From Tubulanus polymorphus (Eukaryota > Animalia > Nemertea): a stretch of DNA of 64,000 nt. The stretch is taken from contig NC_134025.1 in assembly GCF_964204645.1 (NCBI RefSeq), positions 1,302,001 through 1,366,000 on the forward strand. Reading direction: 5' to 3'. The notes below the pieces were generated by a model. The model made no database searches, was not told the origin of the DNA, and saw only the letters and a list, made by a program, of their open reading frames with translations. Within the stretch, counting starts at the first letter, position 1, and every line of letters starts with the position of its first letter. A program made the translations under genes and the position numbers. This document shows, one piece after another, positions 27,100 to 40,502 of this stretch.

Positions 27100-28454
27100 C
27101 TCAATATCACCCCAAAACAGAGTGTATTAATTAACACGCAGCAGCAAGCAGCAGTATTAAAGGAGGTCATCAGTTTTGTAACACACTGACAATTCAGTTT
27201 GTTAGTCATGTTTCTACATGACAGTTGAAGCAGGAAGGAGGAGACTCCTGCACTCAATATCACCCCAAAACAGAGTGTATCAATTAACACCCAGCAGCAA
27301 GCAGCAGTATTAGAGGAGGCCATCAGTGTTGTACCACACTGAGAATTCAGTTTGTTAGTCACGTTTCTACATGACAGTTGAAGAAGGAAGGAGGAGACTC
27401 CTGCACTCAATATCACCCCAAAACAGAGTGTATCAATTAACACCCAGCAGCAAGCAGCAGTATTAGAGGAGGCCATCAGTGTTGTACCACACTGACAATT
27501 CAGTTTGTTTGTCACGTTTCTACATGACAGTTGAAGAAGGAAGGAGGAGACTCCTGCACTCAATATCACCCCAAAACAGAGTGTATCAATTAACACCCAG
27601 CAGCAAGCAGCAGTATTAGAGGAGGCCATCAGTGTTGTACCACACTGACAATTCAGTTTGTTAGTCACGTTTCTACATGACAGTTGAAGAAGGAAGGAGG
27701 AGACTCCTGCACTCAATATCACCCCAAAACAGAGTGTATCAATTAACACCCAGCAGCAAGCAGCAGTATTAGAGGAGGCCATCAGTGTTGTACCACACTG
27801 ACAATTCAGTTTGTTTGTCACGTTTCTACATGACAGTTGAAGAAGGAAGGAGGAGACTCCTGCACTCAATATCACCCCAAAACAGAGCAGCAAGCAGCAA
27901 GCAGCAGTATTTAAGGAGGATGATTCATGATGTTATAATGTTTAATGTAATGATTTTAATTGTAATAATGTTTAATGTAATAATTCAAGATGTTAAGGGA
28001 AGGAGGTAAGAATTAACACCCAGCAGCAAGCAGCAGTATTAAAGGAGGTCATCAGTGCTGTAACACACTGACAATTCAGTTTGTCACGTTTCTACATGAC
28101 AGTTGAAGAAGGAAGGAGGAGACTCCTGCACTCAATATCACCCCAAAACAGAGTGTATCAATTAACACCCAGCAGCAAGCAGCAGTATTAAAGGAGGTCA
28201 TCAGTGTTGTACCACACTGACAATTCAGTTTGTCACGTTTCTACATGACAGTTCAAGCAGGAAGGAGGAGACTCCTGCACTCAATATCACCCCAAAACAG
28301 AGTGTATTAATTAACACCCAGCAGCAAGCAGCAGTATTAAAGGAGGTCATCAGTGTTGTAATACACTGACAATTCAGTTTGTTTGTCACGTTTCTACATG
28401 ACAGTTGAAGGAGGAGACTCCTGCACTCAATATCACCCCAAAACAGAGTGTATC
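27100..28454. repeat. 153-bp satellite with length variants
   Basis: ctcaatatcaccccaaaacagag recurs every 153 bp. Confidence 0.92.
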
Positions 28455-29890
28455 AGTGTTTGTAACACTTAACATTCATCACCACCAAATGATTTAGCAG
28501 TAATTCACCCTCAGTGTTTTGTAACACTTAACTTTCATCACCACCAAATGACTTAGCAGTAATTCACCCTCAGTGTTTTGTAACACTTAACTTGCATCAC
28601 CACCAATTGATTTAGCAGTCATTCACCCTCAGTGTTTTGCAACAATTAACATTCATCACCGCCAATTGATTTAGCAGTAATTCACCCTCAGTGTTTTGTA
28701 ACACTTAACTTTCATCACCACCAATTGATTTAGCAGTCATTCACCCTCAGTGTTTTGTAACACTTAACTTTCATCACCACCAAATGACTTAGCAGTATTT
28801 CACCCTCAGTGTTTTGTAACACTTAACTTGCATCACCACCAATTGATTTAGCAGTCATTCACCCTCAGTGTTTTGTAACAATTAACATTCATCACCGCCA
28901 ATTGATTTAGCAGTCATTCACCCTCAGTGTTTTGTAACACTTAGCTTTCATCACCACCAAATGATTTAGCAGTTATTCACCCAGTGTTTTGTAACACTTA
29001 ACATTCATCACCACCAAATGACTTAGCAGTAATTCACCCTCAGTGTTTTGTTACACTTAACTTTCATCACCACCAAATGATTTAGCAGTAATTCACCCTC
29101 AGTGTTTTGAAACACTTACCTTTCATCACCACCAAATGATTTAGCAGTAATTCACCCTCAGTGTTTTGTAACACTTAACATTCATCACGGCCAATTGATT
29201 TAGCAGTAATTCATCCAGTGTTTTGTAACACTTAGCTTTCATCACCACCAAATGATTTAGCAGTAATTCACCCTCAGTGTTTTGTAACACTCAACTTTCA
29301 TCACCACCAAATGATTTAGCAGTAATTCACCCTCAGTGTTTTGTAACACTTAACATTCATCATCGCCAATTGATTTAGCAGTAATTCATCCAGTGTTTTG
29401 TAACACTTAGCTTTCATCACCACCAAATGACTTAGCAGTAATTCACCCTCAGTGTTTTGTAACACTCAACTTTCATCACCACCAAATGATTTAGCAGTAA
29501 TTCACCCTCAGTGTTTGTAACACTTAGCTTTCATCACCACCAAATGATTTAGCAGTAATTCACCCAGTGTTTTGTAACACTAAACATTCATCACCACCAA
29601 ATGACTTAGCAGTAATTCACCCTCAGTGTTTTGTAACACTTAACTTTCATCACCACCAAATGATTTAGCAGTAATTCACCCTCAGTGTTTTGTAACACTT
29701 AACTTTCATCACCACCAAATGACTTAGCAGTAATTCACCCTCAGTGTTTTGTAACACTCAACTTTCATCACCACCAAATGATTTAGCAGTAATTCACCCT
29801 CAGTGTTTTGTAACACTTAACATTCATCACCGCCAATTGATTTAGCAGTAATTCACCCACAGTGATTTGTAACACTTAGCTTTCATCACC
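28455..29890. repeat. 59-bp satellite (~24 copies)
   Basis: Unit cagtgttttgtaacacttaactttcatcaccaccaaatgatttagcagtaattcaccct. Confidence 0.93.
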
Positions 29891-32090
29891 AGTGTTGTAC
29901 CACACTGACAATTCAGTTTGTTAGTCACGTTTCTACATGACAGTTGAAGAAGGAAGGAGGAGACTCCTGCACTCAATATCACCCCAAAACAGAGTGTATT
30001 AATTAACACCCAGCAGTAAGCAGCAGTATTAAAGGAGACCATCAGTGTTGTACCACATCAGTTTGTCACGTTTCTACATGACAGTTGAAGCAGGAAGGAG
30101 GAAACTCCTGCACTCAATATCACCCCAAAACAGAGCAGCAAGCAGCAAGCAGCAGTATTTAAGGAGGATGATTCATGATGTTATAATGTTTAATGTAATA
30201 ATTTTAATTGTAATAATGTTTAATGTAATAATTCAAGATGTTAAGGGAAGGAGGTAAGAATTAACACCCAGCAGCAAGCAGCAGTATTAAAGGAGGTCAT
30301 CAGTGTTGTAACACACTGACAATTCAGTTTGTTTGTCACGTTTCTACATGACAGCTGAAGCAGGAGGGAGGAGACTCCTGCACTCAATATCACCCCGAAA
30401 CAGAGCCAGCAGCAAGCAGCTATATTTAAGGAGGAAGATTCATGATGTTATAATGTTTAATGTAATAATTTTTATTGTAATAATGTCTAATGTAATAATT
30501 CAAGAAGTTCAGGGAAGGAGGTAAGAATTAACACCCAGCAGCAACGAGCAGCAGTATTAAAGGAGGTCATCAGTGTTGTAACACACTGACAATTCAGTTT
30601 GTTTGTCACGTTTCTACATGACAGTTGAAGAAGGAAGGAGGAGACTCCTGCACTCAATATCACCCCAAAACAGAGCAGCAAGCAGCAAGCAGCAGTATTT
30701 AAGGAGGATGATTCATGATGTTATAATGTTTAATGCAATAATTTTAATTGTAATAATGTTTAATGTAATAATTCAAGATGCTAAGGGAAGGAGGTAAGAA
30801 TTAACACCCAGCAGCAACGAGCAGCATTATTAAAGGAGGTCATCAGTTTTGTAACACACTGACAATTCAGTTTGTTTGTCATGTTTCTACATGACAGTTG
30901 AAGAAGGAAGGAGGAGACTCCTGCACTCAATATCACCCCAAAACAGAGTGTATCAATTAACACCCAGCAGCAAGCAGCAGTATTAAAGGAGGTCATCAGT
31001 GTTGTAACACACTGATAATTCAGTTTGTTAGTCACGTTTCTACATGACAGTTGAAGGAAGGAGGAGACTCCTGCATTCAATATCACCCCAAAACAGAGTG
31101 TATCAATTAACACCCAGCAGCAAGCAGCAGTATTAGAGGAGGCCATCAGTGTTGTAACACACTGACAATTCAGTTTGTTTGTCACGTTTCTACATGACAG
31201 CTGAAGCAGGAGGGAGGAGACTCCTGCACTCAATATCACCCCGAAACAGAGCCAGCAGCAAGCAGCTATATTTAAGGAGGAAGATTCATGATGTTATAAT
31301 GTTTAATGTAATAATTTTTATTGTAATAATGTCTAATGTAATAATTCAAGAAGTTCAGGGAAGGAGGTAAGAATTAACACCCAGCAGCAACGAGCAGCAT
31401 TATTAAAGGAGGTCATCAGTTTTGTAACACACTGACAATTCAGTTTGTTTGTCATGTTTCTACATGACAGTTGAAGAAGGAAGGAGGAGACTCATGCACT
31501 CAATATCACCCCAAAACAGAGTGTATTAATTAACACCCAGCAGCAAGCAGCAGTATTAAAGGAGACCATCAGTGTTGTACCACATCAGTTTGTCACGTTT
31601 CCACATGACAGTTGAAGAAGGAAGGAGGAGACTCCTGCACTCAATATCACCCCAAAACAGAGCAGCAAGCAGCAAGCAGCAGTATTTAAGGAGGATGATT
31701 CATGATGTTAAAATGTTTAATGTAATAATTTTAATTGTAATAATGTTTAATGTAATAATTCAAGATGCTAAGGGAAGGAGGTAAGAATTAACACCCAGTG
31801 GCAAGCAGCAGTATTAAAGGAGGTCATCAGTGCTGTAACACACTGACAATTCAGTTTGTTTGTCACGTTTCTACATGACAGTTGAAGAAGGAAGGAGGAG
31901 ACTCCTGCACTCAATATCACCCCAAAACAGAGTGTATTAATTAACACCCAGCAGCAAGCAGCAGTATTAAAGGAGGTCATCAGTGTTGTAATACACTGAC
32001 AATTCAGTTTGTTTGTCACGTTTCTACTTGACAGTTGGAGAAGGAAGGATGAGACTCCTGAACTCAATATCATCCCAAAACAGAGTGTAT
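29891..32090. repeat. 153-bp satellite with interspersed ~270-bp variants (higher-order pattern)
   Basis: Same unit as 27100-28454, with a recurrent (t)aatgtaataat-rich insert. Confidence 0.9.
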
Positions 32091-32850
32091 CAGTGTTTGT
32101 AACACTTAGCTTTCATCACCACCAAATGATTTAGCAGTAATTCACCCTCAGTGTTTTGTAACACTTAACTTTCATCACCACCAAATGATTTAGCAGAAAT
32201 TCACCCTCAGTGTTTTGTAACACTTAGCTTTCATCACCACCAAATGATTTAGCAGTTATTCACCCAGTGTTTTGTAACACTTAACTTTCATCACCACCAA
32301 TTGATTTAGCAGTAATTCATCCAGTGTTTTGTAACACTTAGCTTTCATCACCACCAAATGATTTAGCAGTAATTCACCCTCAGTGTTTTGTAACACTTAA
32401 CTTTCATCACCACCAAATGATTTAGCAGTAATTCACCCTCAGTGTTTTGTAACACTTAACTTTCATCACCGCCAATTGATTTAGCAGTAATTCATCCAGT
32501 GTTTTGTAACACTTAACTTTCATCACCACCAAATGATTTAGCAGTAATTCACCCTCAGTGTTTTGTAACACTTAACTTTCATCACCACCAAATGATTTAG
32601 CAGTAATTCACCCTCAGTGTTTGGTAACACTTAACTTTCATCACCGCCAATTGATTTAGCAGTAATTCACCCTCAGTGTTTTGTAACACTTAACTTTCAT
32701 CACCACCAATTGATTTAGCAGTAATTCACCCTCAGTGTTTTGTAACACTTAACTTTCATCACCACCAAATGATTTAGCAGTAATTCACCCTCCGTGTTTG
32801 GTAACACTTATCTTTCATCACCACCAAATGATTGCGTAGTAATTAACCCA
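32091..32850. repeat. 59-bp satellite (~13 copies)
   Basis: Same unit as 28455-29890. Confidence 0.93.
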
Positions 32851-34324
32851 ATTTCAGTGTTTTTGAACACTAAACGAGGAATTTCAATCAATCCTATTCA
32901 GGAAACCACAGCAAAAGAACTACATCAACTCATTAAATATCACCCCTAAACAGAGTGCAATGATTAAACATGGAGAAGGAACTTGCGAGTTTTTTAGATG
33001 TTCATAATGTGTAATCTAATAACGTAATAATGTAATAATGTTTAATGTAATAATTCAAGAAGGTAAGGGACAGAAATACAACTCTCATTATCACCCCTAA
33101 GACAGAGGGTAATAATCATCACGCAGTCAGCAATAAACAGTATTTGAATAAAGCAGCAATAAATGTTGTAAGTCACTGAAAATTCAGTAAATGTCATTTC
33201 TTTTTGACATTTGAAGAAGGCAAGAGGAGATATTGATTTAGCAATAATTTACCCACTTACGATGTTTTTAACACTTAATTTTCATCACTATCAACTCATT
33301 CAACAGTAATTTACCAACTTTCAGTGTTTTAAACACTTCCCTTTTATCATAGTTTGAAATGCGCCGCAACCAATGAGCAATTTCAAACTTTTCTATTGAG
33401 GAAACCACAGCAAAAAACTAAAGGTATTCAAACAATGAGTGTCTATTTAATTGTTGATGAGAGAGGAGAGAGAGGAGGTATGTACACCTAACACAACGTT
33501 TTAAACTCAATATCACAACCAAAACAGAGTTGAATGATAGCAAGCATCAGCAACATGTAGTTTTCAAAGAAGGAGGTAATCAGTATTGTAAGTCACATCT
33601 ATTTGACAATTTAAGAAGGCAAGGGAAGGAGAAGAGACTCCAAAACTCAATATCACCCCTTAAACAGAGTGGAATGAGCAACATGCAGTAGCAAACAACA
33701 GTATTTGCCAAAGTAGCAAACAACAGTATTTGCCGTTTTTAAAGGAGAAGAAAGGAGTATCTTCTTTAGTTGATACTCGTTTGATGTCATAGCAAGGCCA
33801 TTACCGGGAGTTATAGAGAACAAAAGCAGAAGCCATGCCACCACAAGATTTTAATTGTCTATGATTTTGATATTGTATATAAAAATGACATGACTTATCA
33901 CCTCGTAGCAGAGGAAGGAGGTAGAACAAACCACAAGATCAGTACATCTATCAATGTTTCATTACATGTATCATTGTTTCAAGACACCCACTTTCAGTGT
34001 TTTGTAGCGCTTAACTTTTATCACCACCAATTGATTTAGCAGTAATTTACACACTTTCATTGTATCTGAACACTCATTTCGCTACTATCAATTGATTCAG
34101 CAGTCAACTGTGTCTTACTTATTTCGTGATGAGAGAGGAGAGAGAGGAGTCTTGCAGGAAATGTAGCGATACACCTATCTAAGACGTCTTTTGCTGGAGG
34201 AGACAAAACTGTATTTCAATCGAAACCCCAAGATGTCTGGCAAAGGCTTCAAACATTTTGATAACTGTTCGCATAGAGCCAATGATAAAACCAGCATTTA
34301 TCATCATCAAACCAAAGCTGCAAA

Positions 34325-35118
34325 CTGCAAACCAGTGAGAGGAAGTATGCACAATCAATGAGATGATTGTTCATAGCTGCAACCAATGAAGTACCAACCA
34401 GTGAGGGGAAGTATGCACAATCAATGAGATGATTGTTCATAGCTGCAACCAATGGAGTGAACTGCAACCAGTGAGGGGAAAGTAAGCACAATCAATGAGA
34501 TGATTGTTCATAGCTGCAACCAATGAAGTACCAACCAGTGAGGGGAAGTATGCACAATCAATGAGATGATTGTTCATAGCTGCAACCAATGGAGTGAACT
34601 GCAACCAGTGAGGGGAAAGCAAGCACAATCAATGAGATGATTGTTCATAGCTGCAACCAATGAAGTAACAACCAGTGAGGGGAAGTTTGCACAATGGATG
34701 AGATGATTGTTCATAGCTACAACCAATGAAGTTACAACCAGTAAGGGGAAAGTATGCACAATTAATGAGATGATTGTTCATAGCTGCAACCAATGGAGTG
34801 AACTGCAACCAGTGAGGAGAAAGTATGCACAATCAGTGAGATGATTGTTCACAGCTGAAACCAATCAAGTGAACAGCGACCAGTGAGGGGAAATTATATT
34901 ACAAACCAGTGTACAATCAATGGGATGATTGTTCATAGCTGCAATCAATGAAGTGAAATGCAACCAGTGAGGGGGAAGTATGCACAGTCAATGAGATGAT
35001 TGTTCATAGCTGCAACCAATGGAGTACCAAGCAGTGAGGGGAAGTATATGCACAGTCAATGAGATGATTGTTCATAGCTGCAACCAATGAAGTGAAATGC
35101 AACCAGTGAGGGGAAAGT
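34325..35118. repeat. 66/71-bp alternating satellite
   Basis: Unit gcacaatcaatgagatgattgttcatagctgcaaccaatg...aaccagtgaggggaa, ~11 copies. Confidence 0.9.
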
Positions 35119-35497
35119 ACACTCAATCACAAACAAGTGATGGTTAAATACACTTGTGAGCTAACAGATCAGAGATCACAGGAAGCATCGTCGCTGCAAT
35201 CCTTGTTTCTTAACATATGATATAAAATGCTCTTCAGCCTGTGACAAAATTTCTTTGATGTAAAACGCTTATTACTATATGCTTAATCTAGAATCTTCTT
35301 TCAAATATTAATTCAAAAGGAGGAGGGACTTATCTAATGTAATGGTACGAATCAATGCTACGAATGTATGTGAAAAGTGAAAAGTAATAGTTTGAAACCA
35401 AGATTGAATGCATTCATTCTGTTGTATTGAATAAAGTGAGATCTGATGAAAATTACGTATAGGCCTATTAAAATTGGCTCTAAAAAAGTATATAAAA

Positions 35498-35713
35498 CAA
35501 ACTACTATCTACAAATTTACAATATTTACAAGAGAGTTAAAAAGAGGAATAAAAACTACTATTTACAAATTTACAATATTTACAAGAGAAATAAAAACTA
35601 ATATTTACAAATTTACAATATTTACAAGAGAAATGAAAACTACTATTTACAAATTTACAATATTTACAAGAGAAATAAAAACTACTATTTACAAATTTAC
35701 AATATTTACAAGA
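35498..35713. repeat. 42-bp minisatellite followed by a GA-rich low-complexity tract (to ~36050)
   Basis: aaaactactatttacaaatttacaatatttacaagag, ~5 copies. Confidence 0.88.
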
Positions 35714-37088
35714 TAGAGAGAAAGAGAGAGAAAGAGAGAGATAGGAGAGTGAGGAGAGAGAGAGGAGGGAGAGAGGAGGAAGGATGAAGGAGAGGGGTGA
35801 GAGGAAGAAAGGAGAGAGAGGAGAGAGTTAGTGGGTTAGAGAAAGAGGAAGAGAAAGTTAGTGGGTTAGAGAAAGAGGGAGAGAGTTAGTGGGTTAGAGA
35901 AAGAGGAAGAGAGTTAGTGGGTTAGAGAAAGAGAGGGAAAGGATAGAGAGAGTGAAAGGATAGAGACAGAGAGGGAAAGGATAGAGACAGAGAGGGAAAG
36001 GATAGAGACAGGGAGGGAAAGAATAGAGAAAGGTAGAAAAAGAAGGGGTGATAAAAACGATAAAACATATGGATAAAAACAATAAAACATATGGGTAAAA
36101 ACAATAAAAAAATGGTTAAAAAGAGGCAGTTTAACGTCGTACCACAGGACAAATAGATAAAAATCACTGATAAAATGTATGGATAAAACGTATTGTTTAA
36201 AAGAGGCAGTTTAAAGTCGTACCACAGGACAACTTAAAAATAAAGGAACACTAGCAATACTACTTACATGTTAGGTTTTTCAGACAATTCTATATGATTA
36301 TATACCTGTAGGCCTAATTATTTCAACCTCTGCACTACCAAATATCAATTCGACAATAAGTCATCCTTAAAAACGTTTGCATGAAATATAACCAACAAAA
36401 CAGAACGTAGCATTGAATTAATATTATTATTATCAGAAGCTGTAAATCTGAAATCAACCATCAGCCATAAATAAGGAGGCAGGACTAATGCAATGAAATA
36501 ATATCAATGCTCCAAACTTATAGGTTAAAATGTCGTTAAAACAATAGATCAGTATCAATATCAGTATCAAACTAAGATTGAATGCATTCATTCTGTTGTT
36601 TTGAATATTAAAATTATTCAATGGAATTAAAAATATTAATTATCAATTAAATCTATATCAAAATAGTTTGATTTGATGTATAGGTATTATGAAGTTTAGA
36701 AAATTAAAAAGTTTTAAGATAATATTTGAAATGTTTAAATAATCATTAAAATCTTAAGTTAAAAAGATATCTAAAAATATTTAAAGTAGAAATCAAAATC
36801 AATAAAAAAATCAAAAAAGAAATATAATATATATAAATAAAAAGCTATTTATATATTTACAATTTGTACAAGTACTGATAAAATGTGTCGATCAATTTGA
36901 TGAAATCCTTTGTCAATCATAATCGGAACCCAAGTGATTTCGGAATGGAATAACTGGGCCAGGCCAATCACTCACTCGATAATCATCAATTACTGGTACT
37001 ACACAACCACAGAAAGAGTGGTTTTTACCGCGCGGTATATTAGGCCAGGTGCACCTCACAATAATAATGCCGCCTATTATATTGGGCT

Positions 37089-37467
37089 TTTGTGTGTTGA
37101 TATGTACATCCTCAATCACCAGGGTTTTATTGCCGCCCACCGGCACTCACGCTTACATAAACCCTGGTCACAAACCCTACATTGGTCTCTTACATTGTCC
37201 AAGATATCTCGGGTCGACAGGTTGCTGCTAAGTGGCCACCAGTCTTTTTATCTAGTCAATCAGATGTGTAGCGAATCTGCCGGCGAAACATAACGCATCT
37301 GATTGACTAGGACTAGTGGCTGCTCAGTGGTAACCTGTCGACCCAAGCAATCTTGAGCAACGTAAAGAGACCAATGAAGAGTTGGCAGCCGGGGTTTATG
37401 TTGGCATGAGCTTCGGCAGACGACAATTAAAACCTGGCAAGTGAGGATGATATTGATATATATAGAA
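37089..37467. repeat. Long imperfect inverted repeat (arms ~165-180 nt, ~22-nt loop); candidate hairpin RNA
   Basis: Left arm 37107-37270 aligns to the reverse complement of 37292-37449 (e.g. gggtcgacaggtt/aacctgtcgaccc, ctagtcaatcagatg/catctgattgactag, cattggtctc/gagaccaatg). Confidence 0.85.
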
Positions 37468-38421
37468 TGAAAAAGCTGCATGTAAATATGAAATGTGTAC
37501 GAGAACCTTGAAAGCAGTGAAAAAAAGAGAAAAACTAGAGGTGCACGGACACCTTGCCCACTCGGTGAAATTGCTTGACAATCTGACCATTTCAATATTT
37601 AATGCCCCTGGTAAACATAACAAAAACCAATGCTAAAAATTTGCAATTGATTGCATTAAAATGCATAGGCACCAAAACTAATGAGAAATATTGTCTATAA
37701 TTCAAATCCCCTGATGAAGATGAAGAACAGAAAATGGTGTAAGCCTGATTCCATGTAAGTGGTGTCCTATAACAACCCAATAATTTTAATCATGATGGGC
37801 CCTGGGGGCATACGTATCCATATTTAACATCAATTGTTGAAGACATCTTCAAAACTTCCCTTGAAAACACTTCAAAACTGTAAAAGTGCTCATTTTGGCC
37901 AATGAAAATGACCACCAGTCAGCTATCTTGATTCTCTGTCAGTTTTTGGGCTGCAGATGAATCTAGGGTAGATATGTGCATAAACCAAATCTCAAGACAA
38001 TCCATTGAAAAGTTTTCAAAACAGAAAAATGACGGATGAAAAGTGAACACACTTAGGTCCCAAGTGTTGGAAAAGAATTAGAATCTAGAAAAATCCAAAA
38101 ATGAAAAGCCTAAACACTGAAAAAAGAAAAGTTCCCTAACAGTAAACCTAAGAAATAGTAAAATATATTGATTTAAAATTCTATTGTTTAACTCAATAAC
38201 AATCTTATTTTAGTATAAAAACCCTAGATCCTTAATTAAGATAACGTTAAAAAGATTATGGTTCAATGACCTGAGAGTAATTCTATTATTAATTAATCTA
38301 ATTAACTGCAAGTTCATCGAACAATAAAAATTAAATCATCTATTCTATAACTTCTGATGTAATTATCAATAACAAGAAAACAAGGGAGTAATCAAAACTG
38401 CTGTTAACACTAAAATATGTT

Positions 38422-39025
38422 CAATGAACTGAGAGTAATTTCATCAATGATGAATTTACCCTCAGTTCATTCATTGTTTTAATGATGATCCTGAGAGTAA
38501 TTTCATCAATGATGAATTTACCCTCAGTTCATTCATTGTTTTAATGATGATCCTGAGAGTAAATTCATCAATGATGAATTTACCCTCAGTTCAGTCATTC
38601 TTTAATGATGACCCTGAAAGTAATTTCATCAATGATGAATTTACCCTCAGTTCATTCATTGTTTTAACAATGATCCTGAGAGTAATTTCAACAATGATGA
38701 ATTTACCCTCAGTTCATTCATTGTTTTAATGATGATCCTGAGAGTAAATTCATCAATGATGAATTTACCCTCAGTTCAGTCATTCTTTAATGATGATCCT
38801 GAGAGTAATTTCAACAATGATGAATTTACCCTCAGTTCATTCATTCTTTAATGATGATCCTGAAAGTAATTTCATCAATGATGAATTTACCCTCAGTTCA
38901 TTCATTGTTTTAACAATGATCCTGAGAGTAATTTCAACAATGATGAATTTACCCTCAGTTCATTCATTGTTTTAATGATGATCCTGAGAGTAATTTCATC
39001 AACGATGAATTTACCCTCAGTTCAT
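38422..39025. repeat. 61-62-bp palindromic satellite (~10 copies)
   Basis: Each unit contains ctgagagtaatttcatca-a-tgatgaatttaccctcag. Confidence 0.92.
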
Positions 39026-40287
39026 CACATTCTAAGATGTTACTATTTTATTCAGTGAAAATCTCTGAACTGCATAAAATAAAAGATCTTAAATGGGATT
39101 ATTGATTATTGATATACCCGAGTGTAACTTATCATAAGATAAATTGACCCTCAGTTTATCAGAGGTTTATACGTACTTTAAGTTAACAGCAATAGTTACA
39201 ACTTAATCAACTTGACCTAAACGAACTTAAACTTAAACTAAAATGGACTTAAATCAACTAATCTAAACTAAGGCTAACTTGAAACACACTAGTGATTAAT
39301 CATAAACGTCATGCTCACAATTTTACAAATCCCAGTTTAACAGTTGTGCAATTGTATGTATTTAAATTCTTGTATCCAAATCAAACTGTGGAACTGAGTA
39401 CGGTATTGAACGGAACGAAATAAATAAGACAAAAAAATCCGAGTGTATTTTCTATATGATGTTTTCAGCAAAATATTTTGTTATGATGACATCAAATTTG
39501 CGTGGATTTATATCATTTCCAAAAATACCGTAGATTATCATTACGTTCAAAACAAGTTTTGAAAAAGCTGAGTTGACGTCCAATAAAAATAATAACATGA
39601 CCGCTAGCCTTTAGGCTAGAGGAAAATCTAATTCAAAGATAGTATTGGACTTTACTACTATTTGTATATTGTGCAGGAAAATAAAGTTTGTTGTTACTGT
39701 TTGTACTACAAGTGGTTGTTTTATTATGTCTATCTGATGTCATTGAACTAATAATCTGACACGCCACCTAGTAGTAATTCTCTGAATCTACGCTTCAATA
39801 ATCTACGTCAATTTCATACGTCGAAACGCTGAAAATATCATATGAAAAATACCCTTGGACTGTTTGTTTTATTTATCACGTTCCATGATAGTGAAACACC
39901 GACTGAAAATGAGTGGATTTTCTGTCATTGGTAGAAAATTGAAGAAAAGAAAACTATAAGAAAAAAGGCAAAGAAAGTATGAGAAAAAGTTCTCAATCAC
40001 ATTTCACATATTTACTAAGCCTATATCAACCACGAGTAAAAGCTCTTTATGCGTGCACTATATACAACATGGGCCTTTTATAGAACCACTATTTATATCT
40101 GTGTTGTGGACCACGTAATTGTGTCAAAGAGTATTCGGTGATAAAACCTGGACCTTCAGTTATTCCATTGATGAAATCACTGGGGTTCGAATATACACAG
40201 TGATAGTCAAATATAAAATATTTCATCAAATTGATCTTTTAGTAAGTATTAAAATACAAATAAAATATCGTTCTAAATGAATATTAA

Positions 40288-40502
40288 CAATAGTTTTTAA
40301 AATATATTCAAATGAAATAGTTTTTAAAATATAAACAAATTAAATAGTTTTTAAAATATATACAAATGAAATAGTTTTTAAAATATACACAAATTAAATA
40401 GTTTTTAAAATATATACAAATGAAATAGTTCTTAAAATATACACAAATCAAATAGTTTTCAAAATATACACAAATTGAACAGTTTTTAAAATATATACAA
40501 AT
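40288..40502. repeat. 27-bp AT-rich minisatellite
   Basis: aaatagtttttaaaatatatacaaatg, ~8 copies. Confidence 0.88.

Noticed and set aside
26991-27893. 300-aa Cys-rich repetitive ORF and similar ORFs at 24157-32073, 34249-34832, 38544-38975 and 43034-43348
   Set aside because: These are translations of satellite units; 153 bp is a multiple of 3. Neighbouring monomers carry frameshifting 4-bp indels, so there is no sign of coding constraint.
28455-32850. CRISPR-like appearance of short palindromic repeats
   Set aside because: Units are head-to-tail with no unique spacers, there are no cas genes, and the context is eukaryotic.
38422-39025. C/D box snoRNA array (ATGATGA and CTGA in each unit)
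   Set aside because: The boxes are a by-product of the palindrome. Spacing is too short, with no D' box or distinct guide sequences.
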